A DNA stretch of 64,000 nt, from the IMG/VR virus record IMGVR_UViG_3300048851_000105, positions 61,779-125,778 of that record, one strand, 5' to 3'. Made by a program: the position numbers and the translations under genes. Positions 1 through 8,654 of this stretch are shown piece after piece (the first letter of the stretch is position 1; the number at the start of each line of letters is the position of its first letter). This DNA is from a virus. The notes below the pieces were generated by a model, which did not search any database, had not been told where the DNA came from, and worked only from the letters and a program-made list of their open reading frames with translations.

Positions 1-2
1 GA

Positions 3-275
3 GTGAGCAAGCAGATCGAGTCCATCCGCATCTGGACGGACGCGGACTGGCATGTGCACATTCGCCTGCGGTCCGATATGCGGAACACTCCGCAGAAGTT
101 GCAGCGCTTTGCGCGCAGCCTCATCGTCGATCATGTCGCCCGAGCCGAGCAGCAACTCGGAGAGCGTCTGGTTGTCGCAGCCAGGCGCGTCACCCAGAGC
201 ATCTATGTCCCCATCACCCCGGCGATCGTCCACGAGGACGGCACTGTGGAGTTCATCGAAGGAGCCCGCCCATGA
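3..275 (+). CDS. hypothetical phage protein
   Basis: ORF whose stop overlaps the next start (ATGA); true start may lie upstream of the window. Confidence 0.6.
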   Translation: MSKQIESIRIWTDADWHVHIRLRSDMRNTPQKLQRFARSLIVDHVARAEQQLGERLVVAARRVTQSIYVPITPAIVHEDGTVEFIEGARP

Positions 276-526
276 CCACCTCACAGCCCGTAGCAGCCCG
301 TCTGACGCCCAAACACGGCTGGAACATCGACCAGCACCAGGACGGCACGTTCACGTGCTCACGAGGCGATGTGTCGCTTCGCGTGACGGTCATTCACGAC
401 TCCGTGCACTTCCAGGACGCTCGCCCCGGCACGGTGAACGCAGACCAGTACACCTACCTCGCCGAGCAGATCGGGGAGATGCAGAACCAGCAGATGATCA
501 CCGCCGCCATGCAGGAGAAGATTTGA
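272..526 (+). CDS. hypothetical phage protein
   Basis: GAAGGAG RBS; overlap coupling. Confidence 0.7.
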   Translation: MTTSQPVAARLTPKHGWNIDQHQDGTFTCSRGDVSLRVTVIHDSVHFQDARPGTVNADQYTYLAEQIGEMQNQQMITAAMQEKI

Positions 527-675
527 TGGTCGAATCAACTGAGCGTCGTCGCGAGCGTGCACGACTGAAGGCGCGGCTCTTTCCTCACATCTACGGCACA
601 GACCCCGTCCGCCGAGAGGCCGCCACCAAGGCCATTCAGAACTTCGACGCTGAGACGCGGGAGAAGGGTCTGTGA
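526..675 (+). CDS. hypothetical phage protein
   Basis: TGATG coupling; MVESTERR... at the end of track ORF 52..675. Confidence 0.6.
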   Translation: MVESTERRRERARLKARLFPHIYGTDPVRREAATKAIQNFDAETREKGL

Positions 676-887
676 ATCCGGAGACGATCCCCGAGATGCA
701 GGTGCACGGCTGGCTCATCGATCACGCAGGCGCCGACACGTTCCGAGCCACCAAAGGCGACGTGACCGTCAGCATCGAGTACGAGGACCCGACCACGTTC
801 GTGCACACCCCGGACGTCATGCCTGCGGATGAGCGAGCGACTGTGGAGGACGCCATCGTCAACACCTGGCCAATCGAGTCATGGTGA
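672..887 (+). CDS. hypothetical phage protein, weakly similar to 272..526
   Basis: GTGA coupling; HGWxIDxxxxxTFxxxxGDV shared with 272..526. Confidence 0.7.
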   Translation: MNPETIPEMQVHGWLIDHAGADTFRATKGDVTVSIEYEDPTTFVHTPDVMPADERATVEDAIVNTWPIESW

Positions 888-1246
888 GAGGCTTCGACGT
901 CCCCTTCGGCTGGGAGGACGAGCACCTGCGGATGCCCCGTCCTGTTCCACATCGGCGTGTGCGCTTCATGGAGTACGTCGAGTCGGTCACTGAGGACGGC
1001 CGCCGCAACGTGGCCATGCGCGCGCTCGTGGTGCCCAACGTCGCGGTCCTTCAGTGGGAGGTCGTCAGCGGCGAGATCGACTACGTGCGCGTGTACGCCC
1101 CGTACCAGCGTCAAGGCATCGCGACTCGGCTGTGGTGCGCGGCGAATCTTCTTCAGCCGGTGCTGCACTCGGCCTGGAGGAGCACGGACGGGGACGCCTG
1201 GGCTCGCGCAGTCGGCGGCGACCTGCCGAAGAACGAGTGGCACTGA
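881..1246 (+). CDS. GNAT-family acetyltransferase-like protein
   Basis: IDYVRVYAPYQRQGIATRL matches acetyl-CoA binding motif A (V.P.YQRQGIA). Confidence 0.65.
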   Translation: MVRGFDVPFGWEDEHLRMPRPVPHRRVRFMEYVESVTEDGRRNVAMRALVVPNVAVLQWEVVSGEIDYVRVYAPYQRQGIATRLWCAANLLQPVLHSAWRSTDGDAWARAVGGDLPKNEWH

Positions 1247-1266
1247 ACCATTTCTTGAAATGAGTG

Positions 1267-1295
1267 TAGACACCGTGACTACTGTCACGTATACT
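1267..1295 (+). promoter_or_regulatory. sigma70-type promoter for hicAB with GTGAC-N4-GTCAC palindrome in the spacer
   Basis: TAGACA-N17-TATACT; GTG start 6 nt downstream (leaderless). Confidence 0.65.
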
Positions 1296-1301
1296 GAATT
1301 C

Positions 1302-1508
1302 GTGAGACAGTTCAGCGCCCAAGACATCGTTCGGGCCTTGCGCAAGCGAGGCGCCGAGTTGGTCCGTCAGAAGGGCAGCCACGCGACCTACCGCGTCGGC
1401 AACTGCCAGGCCACGGTCGCCATGCACAAGGGTGACGTGCCTCGTGGAACTGTCCGAGCGATCGAGCGGGCCTTCGAGCCCGAGTTGGGTGAAGGGTGGT
1501 TGAAGTGA
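1302..1508 (+). CDS. hicA: HicA-family mRNA interferase toxin
   Basis: IVRALRKRG...RQKGSHATY...VAMHKGDVPRGTVRAI: HicA GSH and VPxH/GT..I pattern. Confidence 0.8.
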   Translation: MRQFSAQDIVRALRKRGAELVRQKGSHATYRVGNCQATVAMHKGDVPRGTVRAIERAFEPELGEGWLK

Positions 1509-1531
1509 GAATTACTCAGGCAGACCTGGAC

Positions 1532-1825
1532 ATGAGTCGGTACTTCGACGCGAAGGTCACGAGAGAGGGCGAGCGCTATCTCGCCGCCGTCGACGAGTGC
1601 AACGCGTTCACGTACGCCGACTCGGTCACGGAACTCCGCGCCAACGTGATGGAGGCCGTCGAGGCCGCCACGGGCGTTGCTCCTCTCCACGTGAGCCTCC
1701 AGTACCAGTGGACGGACGACTCCGGCGAGGTCTACGGCATCACGGAAGAGAACGAGCAGGTCGCTCGCACGGTTCTCTACCACCAGGGCGCCGACTACGC
1801 CTCTCTCCGGCCGGTGACCTCGTGA
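1532..1825 (+). CDS. hicB: HicB-like antitoxin
   Basis: REGERYLAAVDECNAFTYADSVTELRANVMEAVE resembles the HicB N-terminal domain; directly follows hicA. Confidence 0.7.
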   Translation: MSRYFDAKVTREGERYLAAVDECNAFTYADSVTELRANVMEAVEAATGVAPLHVSLQYQWTDDSGEVYGITEENEQVARTVLYHQGADYASLRPVTS

Positions 1826-2271
1826 CCGCCGAGGAGGTCGAGCAGAAGGCTCTCGACGCCACGGCCGACAAGATTCTGCGGGACCTCGAAGGCTTCCTCC
1901 AGAGCGCCTACTCGATCTACGACGTCGCCAAGGCGATCCCGCATCCCTACGACGCGATCGGCGACATGGGCCAGCGGTTCCTGCACGACTTCCGCGGCTT
2001 CGCCTTCACTCTGGAGACGTACGTCGAGAGCACCCGACCCAAGCCTGAGCCCGAAGTGCCTGAGATCGAGTGGGAGTACGGCTTCTACGACACCGACGAC
2101 CACCAGAGTCCGGCACGCGTGTACTGGTCGACATTCGGCGGCCCCGTCGGGTTCGACACACCGGAGTCCGCAGCGGGCACCGCCAGCAAGAGCGTGACAG
2201 GCCAGGCCGTCATCGTTCGCCGCCCCAAGGGCAGCGACGGGGGCTGGCACATCTATCAGAAGGAGGCCTGA
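1822..2271 (+). CDS. hypothetical phage protein
   Basis: GTGA coupling; GC3-rich codons. Confidence 0.65.
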   Translation: MTAEEVEQKALDATADKILRDLEGFLQSAYSIYDVAKAIPHPYDAIGDMGQRFLHDFRGFAFTLETYVESTRPKPEPEVPEIEWEYGFYDTDDHQSPARVYWSTFGGPVGFDTPESAAGTASKSVTGQAVIVRRPKGSDGGWHIYQKEA

Positions 2272-2272
2272 C

Positions 2273-2470
2273 ATGACAGGAGCACGACGGCAGAAGGCGC
2301 CCATGCGCCGCGCGCACCAGCGATCGTTCGAGAAGACCGAGCAGGCTCAGGCCCGAGCGGATGCCCTTCCGCGAGTGCGCGCGTCTCTCGAACGGCGCCG
2401 CCACCTGACAGCCACACAGATCGTCGACGCGCTCGTGACCTACGACGTGCAGCGGTGGTGGGAGCGATGA
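2273..2470 (+). CDS. hypothetical phage protein
   Basis: AGGAGG RBS. Confidence 0.6.
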   Translation: MTGARRQKAPMRRAHQRSFEKTEQAQARADALPRVRASLERRRHLTATQIVDALVTYDVQRWWER

Positions 2471-2622
2471 AGGAGCGCCCCTGGGTCGAGGTTGCGATCA
2501 GCAAGGGGCTTCTGAGCCCCGGCGCCCGCGGCATGACCACCGCCGACATCCTCTGGCAGTACGCCGAGATCAACATCATCTCCCTCAACGAAGCGATCGA
2601 CCAACTGGAGGCTCGACTGTGA
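2467..2622 (+). CDS. small hypothetical protein
   Basis: ATGA/GTGA coupling on both sides; MKERPWVEV... Confidence 0.55.
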   Translation: MKERPWVEVAISKGLLSPGARGMTTADILWQYAEINIISLNEAIDQLEARL

Positions 2623-2912
2623 AGCGCACGCTCGCAATCCTGGCAGGGGCCCTGCTCCTGCTCACGGGATGTTCGTCCATCTCGGAAGGCGAGATCGTCG
2701 AGAAGAACCACCGGGACGCGTACACCTACCCGGTGCAATACTGCGCCATGTTCAACACCAAGACCGGTGGGTGCTCGATGCACATGACGCGCTTCGACAC
2801 CATGCCGGAGTCATGGTGGTTCAGCATCGAGAAGGGCGGCGACGAGGGCTGGGTCTACGTCGGCCCGGCGACCTTCGAGAAGTACAACGTCGGCGACTGG
2901 TACAACGAGTGA
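2619..2912 (+). CDS. putative lipoprotein
   Basis: signal peptide MKRTLAILAGALLLLTGC with lipobox. Confidence 0.7.
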   Translation: MKRTLAILAGALLLLTGCSSISEGEIVEKNHRDAYTYPVQYCAMFNTKTGGCSMHMTRFDTMPESWWFSIEKGGDEGWVYVGPATFEKYNVGDWYNE

Positions 2913-2994
2913 GGACGCGATAGGCTCCTGAGATCGGTACATTCACTCGCCTGTCATGACCGGTCATCCTCTGGATTAGATACCCAGAGCAGCG

Positions 2995-3032
2995 CGCCCC
3001 CTCGATTCGGCTCCCGCCACACTGAGGGGGCG
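2995..3032 (+). terminator. possible stem-loop/terminator
   Basis: CGCCCCCTC...GAGGGGGCG intergenic inverted repeat with a large loop. Confidence 0.35.
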
Positions 3033-3057
3033 TTCTGTATGGGGGACAGCGGACACG

Positions 3058-3471
3058 GTGGAGCATCGCGTACCATCGTGGTGCATGGAGACCGTGAAGA
3101 CAGCCCTGGCCCGCATGCGCGAGGAAGTGCTCTCGTTGGCCGCCAATGGTGCCTCACCGGCCGACGTCGCCGATTACTACGAGCAGGTGATCCTCACCCG
3201 GCTGGAGCGCGTAGAGCATCGCCTCGTGACGGAAATCTACGGACTGGACGGCTGGCAGCCCTACCACCACGTCCCGCTCTCGTCTCGGGAGGTGGGCCTC
3301 CTGCCGAGTCTCCAGATCGCTGCGACCCAGCGACAGAGACCTGAGAATCCCTCCATTGGGGACTACGGGTTCTCGTGGCTGGAGATTCGACTCGTGACCG
3401 GCTGGGAGCGCGAGACGCCTCTCCCCCGCGCAGAGCGCGAATTATCCTCAGGTGTTGCATTGTCACGGTGA
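3058..3471 (+). CDS. hypothetical protein
   Basis: ORF fills the gap between operons; start uncertain. Confidence 0.5.
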   Translation: MEHRVPSWCMETVKTALARMREEVLSLAANGASPADVADYYEQVILTRLERVEHRLVTEIYGLDGWQPYHHVPLSSREVGLLPSLQIAATQRQRPENPSIGDYGFSWLEIRLVTGWERETPLPRAERELSSGVALSR

Positions 3472-3522
3472 CCTGTGTAACGTGGGGTATGTCAGAGATA
3501 CCGCTTCTGGAAGGAGCACCCC
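3455..3522 (+). promoter_or_regulatory. class 1 promoter plus duplicated 5' leader
   Basis: TTGCAT-N17-TAACGT with GTGAC-N4-GTAAC; leader nearly identical to 8587-8654. Confidence 0.75.
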
Positions 3523-4140
3523 ATGGCTTTCAAGCACACGGCAGTCACCCCCGATGGCAAGCAGCACCACCGGACGTCGCAGAACCGTCAGTACCCCTTC
3601 GCCGTCGCAGTCGGACCGGTTCCGGTGGACGAGATGATCGATCGCATCGAGCACACCATCGCCTACGAGCAGTCGAACGTGGACCGCTACGACGCCGTCG
3701 TCGCCCACTTGCAGTCCGGAGCGGGCCTGGTCGAGCGCATCGATCCCGGCCGAGTTCGCTACTTCGCTCTGAAGGAGGACTTCTCCATCTGGGTCAAGCG
3801 CGACGTGCCGGAGGGCGTGGAGTCCTGGAACAGCAGCAAGTACCGCGCTACCCAGGAGCAGCAGAACGCAGCCATCGAGCAGCAGATCGTGGCCTACCAG
3901 GGCTACGCCGACTCGTCTCGCGAGAGCGTCGCCCGCAACGAGGCCCGCATCGCCGAACTGCGCGAGTCCGGCCAGGAGTTCGTCGGGGAGTGGCACATCG
4001 CCGGGTGGCAGAGCCGGGCGGACCTGTCCTTCAAGTTCGCCAACACCGTCCGCGGTTATCTCACCTCCAAGGGCTGTGAGGTCAAGGTCATCGAGGCCAC
4101 GTTCGTCGAGACCGGCCGCAAGCAGAAGGTCGAGGCCTGA
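3523..4140 (+). CDS. hypothetical phage protein (coiled-coil)
   Basis: GAAGGAG RBS; own promoter. Confidence 0.8.
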   Translation: MAFKHTAVTPDGKQHHRTSQNRQYPFAVAVGPVPVDEMIDRIEHTIAYEQSNVDRYDAVVAHLQSGAGLVERIDPGRVRYFALKEDFSIWVKRDVPEGVESWNSSKYRATQEQQNAAIEQQIVAYQGYADSSRESVARNEARIAELRESGQEFVGEWHIAGWQSRADLSFKFANTVRGYLTSKGCEVKVIEATFVETGRKQKVEA

Positions 4141-4143
4141 CCC

Positions 4144-4353
4144 GTGCAGCAGACGCACCGCACTCTCGTTCTCGTCGCGGTCGGCGACAAGGTCGCCCTC
4201 TGGGACGAGGACATGAATCGACTCTTCCACGGCACGCTCGTGGCCCACTCGCATGACAGCGAGTCGGCTATCGAGGGCCGCCGTGGTTCGTTCACCATTC
4301 GCCAGCGCAGCGGGCATCTGCTTCGCGGCCACGGCACGATCCGGAAGGCCTGA
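4144..4353 (+). CDS. hypothetical protein
   Basis: in operon. Confidence 0.55.
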   Translation: MQQTHRTLVLVAVGDKVALWDEDMNRLFHGTLVAHSHDSESAIEGRRGSFTIRQRSGHLLRGHGTIRKA

Positions 4354-4355
4354 TC

Positions 4356-4643
4356 GTGTCCGACCAGACCCCCAAGACCTACGTCGCTCGCCCTACCGAG
4401 GTCGAGGCGATGGAGTACCGCAACAACCTCGACGTTCAGCCAATCCTCGCGTGGGTCAACGCCGGTCTCGAAGAGCCCCTCGCTGAGTACCGGAGTTACT
4501 TCAACGCTCCGATCTACATCGAGGAGGAAAACGGCGAGATCGCGACGGCCGTTCAAGGAGACGTCATCGTCAAGTACAGCAGTCGAGACTTTCAGGTGAT
4601 GCTGAGTAAAGAGTTCTCGGCTCGGTTCGAGGAGAGGCGATGA
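4356..4643 (+). CDS. conserved small phage protein
   Basis: YVARPTEVEAM...GDVIVK...EF.ARFE pattern common in small phage proteins. Confidence 0.7.
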   Translation: MSDQTPKTYVARPTEVEAMEYRNNLDVQPILAWVNAGLEEPLAEYRSYFNAPIYIEEENGEIATAVQGDVIVKYSSRDFQVMLSKEFSARFEERR

Positions 4644-5053
4644 CGAAGCGCTGCGAACTGCGCAAGGTCTGGGTTGGCCCCGACGTCGCCGATCGCGACA
4701 TGCGGTGGGCCTTCGAGTGGAACTGCGACGGCCAGTGCGATGCCGACGAGAGATGCCCCAGCGTGTGGCGTGAGCCCACGGTCTCCTACGGTGCCGTCGC
4801 GCGCGGTGAAGCCCTCGCTGCGGGCCACCCCGACTGGATGCACGTCACGCAGTGGCCGCTTCCTCCGGAGCCAGAGGTTGCTCAGGACCCGCTTCCGTGG
4901 GTCTCGTGGGGCGTGCGCTACCCGGCCGATCTCGGTCCCACACGCTACGAGCCTCGCTCGCAGGAAGACCTCAGAGCCCGGAGCGCAGATCAGGTGCTCC
5001 GGGATCACGAACGCGCGGAGAAACTCCGCCAGAGAGCGTCTCAGGGCTCCTGA
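4640..5053 (+). CDS. hypothetical protein
   Basis: ATGA coupling; RBS. Confidence 0.55.
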   Translation: MTKRCELRKVWVGPDVADRDMRWAFEWNCDGQCDADERCPSVWREPTVSYGAVARGEALAAGHPDWMHVTQWPLPPEPEVAQDPLPWVSWGVRYPADLGPTRYEPRSQEDLRARSADQVLRDHERAEKLRQRASQGS

Positions 5054-5071
5054 GACCACACAGAAGGAATC

Positions 5072-5449
5072 ATGACCCACACCAACCAGAAGGCTCGATC
5101 CGTCTCGACGATCGTCCTCTCCTCCTTGCTCGCCCTCGCGGTCATCGCCGGTGCCGTGCTTGCTCTCGTCATGGTCAACACGATCATCGACCGGGATCGA
5201 GTCGTGGCCTCTCAGAAGACCACCATCTCCAGCCTGGAGGACGAGGTCGCCATGCTCGACTCCTCGGTCCTCTCGCTCACCAGCGACCTGGCGGACTGCC
5301 GCGGTGCCGCACTTGCGTGGCAGAGCGCGGGCAAGTCGATCGCCGAGCACACTCGCTCATGGCTCGACACCTTCCCGTATGGTGATGACCTCGACCTGTC
5401 CGAAGCCACCGAGTTCGCCGACGAGGCGCACTCCTTCAACTGCATCTAA
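5072..5449 (+). CDS. membrane protein with coiled coil
   Basis: N-terminal hydrophobic segment; GAAGGA RBS. Confidence 0.7.
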   Translation: MTHTNQKARSVSTIVLSSLLALAVIAGAVLALVMVNTIIDRDRVVASQKTTISSLEDEVAMLDSSVLSLTSDLADCRGAALAWQSAGKSIAEHTRSWLDTFPYGDDLDLSEATEFADEAHSFNCI

Positions 5450-5459
5450 GGAATCCTCA

Positions 5460-5780
5460 ATGAAGATTTTCGACCTCCCCCGCGCGGCGGGCAAGACGAC
5501 CACCCTGGCGAAGATGATGCAGGAGAACGCTGACCTGATCTACGTGTGTCCGACCATGGGGCAGGCTCAGAGGGTCGCCTTCGTCATCTCAAAGCGTCTC
5601 GACCCCAACATCTCGTCGCGCCGTTTCATGTCGGCCCAGGCCTATCTCGATCAGTACGGTATGGGCGCAGGATTCTCAGGGGATCGGCCCCCTATCGTCG
5701 TCGACGAACTCGATCGAGTTCTCGAAACGCTCTTCCAGACCAAGGTCGTCGCCGGAGCCCTCACATCGGAGCCGCTGTGA
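5460..5780 (+). CDS. small P-loop NTPase-like protein
   Basis: LPRAAGKTT (Walker A-like) and IVVDE (Walker B-like). Confidence 0.6.
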   Translation: MKIFDLPRAAGKTTTLAKMMQENADLIYVCPTMGQAQRVAFVISKRLDPNISSRRFMSAQAYLDQYGMGAGFSGDRPPIVVDELDRVLETLFQTKVVAGALTSEPL

Positions 5781-6043
5781 GGAAGATTCCGACCATCCAC
5801 CGGGACGGCACGTTCGTCTACAAGGGCGTGAAGTACCGTGTCGGCCGCGGCAGCGATCGTCCCGAGCGAGACGGTAGCCGGTTCGTCGAGCGTGTGGACG
5901 ACCTGAAGGTCGTGGCGGAGGGCTTCGGCTACCTCGAAGAGGTCCGGGGCTGGCTCCTGCGGGCCGTCCGCGAGGACTGGGACGATCTCGATGAACTCAG
6001 TTCGGTCGAGGACATGTACAAGGTCAAGCATTATGGCCGCTGA
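5777..6043 (+). CDS. hypothetical protein
   Basis: GTGA coupling. Confidence 0.6.
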   Translation: MRKIPTIHRDGTFVYKGVKYRVGRGSDRPERDGSRFVERVDDLKVVAEGFGYLEEVRGWLLRAVREDWDDLDELSSVEDMYKVKHYGR

Positions 6044-6266
6044 GACGCCCCGGTGGCGGCAGGACATCGTCCCGCCTGGAATGCCGGACGACGAGACCGC
6101 GGAGATGTTCGCTGCGGCCGAGCGCGTCTACCCTCCGACTGAGGGGTACGTCGAGCGCGTCATGAACGCGCAGAGGCGAATCTTCTGTGAGGGCTGGGTG
6201 CACGCCTGGAGGCGCCAGCACCAGTACCTGGACCACTCGCCGGGGGATTCGAGAAACACAGAGTAA
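6033..6266 (+). CDS. hypothetical protein
   Basis: overlapping ORF in operon. Confidence 0.55.
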   Translation: MAAETPRWRQDIVPPGMPDDETAEMFAAAERVYPPTEGYVERVMNAQRRIFCEGWVHAWRRQHQYLDHSPGDSRNTE

Positions 6267-6280
6267 TTCTCACATCGATC

Positions 6281-6309
6281 TTGCGTAGGTAGGGTGACAG
6301 GAGTAACGT
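6281..6309 (+). promoter_or_regulatory. class 1 promoter
   Basis: TTGCGT-N17-TAACGT with GTGAC-AGGA-GTAAC. Confidence 0.7.
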
Positions 6310-6316
6310 TACCTAC

Positions 6317-6424
6317 GTGGGAAAGACGATGAAGCGCTTCTGGGGCCGGGTGGCCATCGAGGCGGGCGACTACGTCGACAAGGCCAACAACGTGTTGGGC
6401 TGGATCACCTACAACATGGCCTAG
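6317..6424 (+). CDS. 35-aa leaderless small protein
   Basis: GTG 7 nt after the -10; its stop overlaps the GGAGG RBS of the next gene. Confidence 0.45.
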   Translation: MGKTMKRFWGRVAIEAGDYVDKANNVLGWITYNMA

Positions 6425-6432
6425 GAGGCCTC

Positions 6433-6828
6433 GTGCAACTCTTCAGCAGCGGCAAGCATCACTCGCTCACCCGCGATCCGTTCCCCTACCGCACCGTCAC
6501 CGGCACGCGAGGTGGCAGGCGGCTCCCTGGCTACACCCTGATCTTCGAGCCCCGGCCTCAGTTCGATGAGGTCCCCCTCACCAACGGGATCAACCTGTTC
6601 GTGGCAGAGTTCCGTGACAGCGTCAAGACGGCCCCCACGCCGCGTGATGAAGTCAGGGGCTGGATCGAGTACCTGGAGGCCGTCATGGCGCATCCGAAGA
6701 CGAAGCCTCACGACTCCCGTGAGCACGCTCTGCGAGTCATCAAGCGCTACGCGAGCCTGATCGAAGAGAAGGACCAGACCGAGCAGACCATCGCCGCGAT
6801 CCACCGAGCGGCGGGCACGAGCCTGTGA
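6433..6828 (+). CDS. hypothetical protein
   Basis: AGGAGG RBS. Confidence 0.7.
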   Translation: MQLFSSGKHHSLTRDPFPYRTVTGTRGGRRLPGYTLIFEPRPQFDEVPLTNGINLFVAEFRDSVKTAPTPRDEVRGWIEYLEAVMAHPKTKPHDSREHALRVIKRYASLIEEKDQTEQTIAAIHRAAGTSL

Positions 6829-6963
6829 CCCGCCTGCTCGGGGCTCTGCTCCTCATTGCGGCCCTCTACGTCCTCGTTGGCGCCCCGGATCGGCCACGGT
6901 CTCGTCCTAGTGCATGACCCTCGTACTGGGGTAGCCTGAGCACACACCCAGCCGAGGAGAGCC

Positions 6964-8547
6964 ATGTCCCTGTACGACACCGCACTGGAAGAGCACCGCC
7001 GCATCATCGAAGAGGGCATCGCCGACCTGGAGGCCCAGGTCGCAGCGGAGCGGCGCAGGGCCGGAGAGGCCGAGAGCGCCCTGGAGACGGAGTTCCAGGC
7101 GCATAGTGCCACACGGAATCTTCTTGACGAGCGCACGACGGCTCTGGGAGACGAGCAGCGCGCGCACAGCGCCACCAAGAATCTTCTCGCTGAGAGGAAC
7201 ACCAGGGTCATCTCGCTGGAGACGCAGATCGACCTCTTGAAGCGAGAGATCGTCGCGCTGAAGGAGCAACTCGGTGGCATCACCCAGCCCGGCCTGTTCG
7301 ACCCGATCTCGTACAAGACGATCGAGGAACTGCGGAAGGGCATGGGAATCCCGGACGACGTCAAGATGGTCGAGTGGCGCTTCGGAGACGACGTCATGCT
7401 CGAAGAGGCCTGCATGCAGTTGGCCGCCGACGAGGTGCTCGTGCTCCCCGAGCGCAAGGGCAAGCCGTACTACGTCGACACCTCCCTCGGCTTCCGCGCT
7501 GCGGGCGTCACGCACCTCCAGAACGGCCCGGGCGAGGCGAACAAGATCAAGATCGAGAACACGTACAAGGGACGCAACGCGCGGACGTGGTTCGCGATGG
7601 TGCGCGCCAACCGGGGCATCGTCGCCATGGGACCGGACGCGGTCATCTCGATGTCGGACTCGCCCTTCCGCATGGGCCAGCAGGCTCCGCAGGGGCAGAT
7701 GGGGTACTGGACCACGCCGAGCGCGGGGCGACCCAGCGAACTGAAGACGCTGTCGAGTGCCACCATGCGCGTGATCGAGACCGACTCCCCGCTGACTACC
7801 TACTTCGCGAACCTCACGGTCATCGGCCGGGACCTCGGCGGAGTGGCGTACTCCGGGCTCGTGCAGAAGAGCGGCGTGGCCAAGCGCATCCGTCCCATCG
7901 GCTTCCACCGTGGCTTCCTCAACCGCCCGAACGGTGAGACCGGCGCCGTGACCTTCAACGGCCGCTACCTCGTCGAGAACATCGACATCACCGGCCGCGA
8001 CCTCGTGACGGGCAAGCGGGTCGGCACCAGCCCGATCATGATCAACTCCTCCCCGGGCGGCAAGATCAAGGACTGCTACGTGCACGACACGGTCGCGGGC
8101 CCCGGCATCACCACCTGGAACTCCAGCGGGAAGCACACCTGGGAGAACGTCCGCACCGAGTCGGCCAGTGGGATCAACCTCGAAGCCAACCGGGAGGGGT
8201 TCGAGTTCGAGTGGATCGGAGGCACCGACTTCGTCGACTACCACAAGGGCGAGAATGGCCGGAACGATCGTCCGGAGTTCCCCGACGCGAAGCCGGGCGG
8301 CAACACCTCGCTCCACATCGGGGTGCGCAGTCCGTACGGCTCGCAGAAGATCACCCTGAGGGGCGTCGAGATCGACCAGGGCCCGTGGCCGGGATTCCTC
8401 TCCGTCCAGATTTACTGGGCGAAGGACGAGAAGACGGGCCTGCCGAGCGAGCCTCGTCTCCAGAAGGTCTCGGACATCCAGGCGTTCGACAAGAACGGGA
8501 AGCCGATCCCCGTGCGCACGACCGAGGGCGCCGCGGGCGGGGTGTGA
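6964..8547 (+). CDS. coiled-coil plus putative parallel beta-helix (pectin-lyase-like) protein
   Basis: GAGGAG RBS; heptad N-terminus; FANLTVIG, LVENIDITG, IKDCYVHD and TWENVRT beta-helix-like rungs. Confidence 0.55.
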   Translation: MSLYDTALEEHRRIIEEGIADLEAQVAAERRRAGEAESALETEFQAHSATRNLLDERTTALGDEQRAHSATKNLLAERNTRVISLETQIDLLKREIVALKEQLGGITQPGLFDPISYKTIEELRKGMGIPDDVKMVEWRFGDDVMLEEACMQLAADEVLVLPERKGKPYYVDTSLGFRAAGVTHLQNGPGEANKIKIENTYKGRNARTWFAMVRANRGIVAMGPDAVISMSDSPFRMGQQAPQGQMGYWTTPSAGRPSELKTLSSATMRVIETDSPLTTYFANLTVIGRDLGGVAYSGLVQKSGVAKRIRPIGFHRGFLNRPNGETGAVTFNGRYLVENIDITGRDLVTGKRVGTSPIMINSSPGGKIKDCYVHDTVAGPGITTWNSSGKHTWENVRTESASGINLEANREGFEFEWIGGTDFVDYHKGENGRNDRPEFPDAKPGGNTSLHIGVRSPYGSQKITLRGVEIDQGPWPGFLSVQIYWAKDEKTGLPSEPRLQKVSDIQAFDKNGKPIPVRTTEGAAGGV

Positions 8548-8586
8548 GACGCGCTCCTTCCAGAAGCGAGAATTTCTCTGTAGCAG

Positions 8587-8654
8587 TTGCGCCGACACGG
8601 TGACCCGTGTAACGTAGACCTTGTCAGAGAGACCGCTTCTGGAAGGAGCACCCC
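8587..8654 (+). promoter_or_regulatory. class 1 promoter plus duplicated 5' leader
   Basis: TTGCGC-N17-TAACGT; GTCAGAGAgACCGCTTCTGGAAGGAGCACCCC as at 3491-3522. Confidence 0.75.

Noticed and set aside
3468-3481. Class 1 palindrome as an SOS (LexA) box
   Set aside because: The actinobacterial LexA box is CGAAC-N4-GTTCG; the arms here differ.
6907-8598. Long antisense ORF (also 27448..29064 +, 41280..43463 -, 46796..48526 - and 51728..53548 +)
   Set aside because: Shadow ORFs caused by high GC3 in the real genes; no RBS or recognisable motifs.
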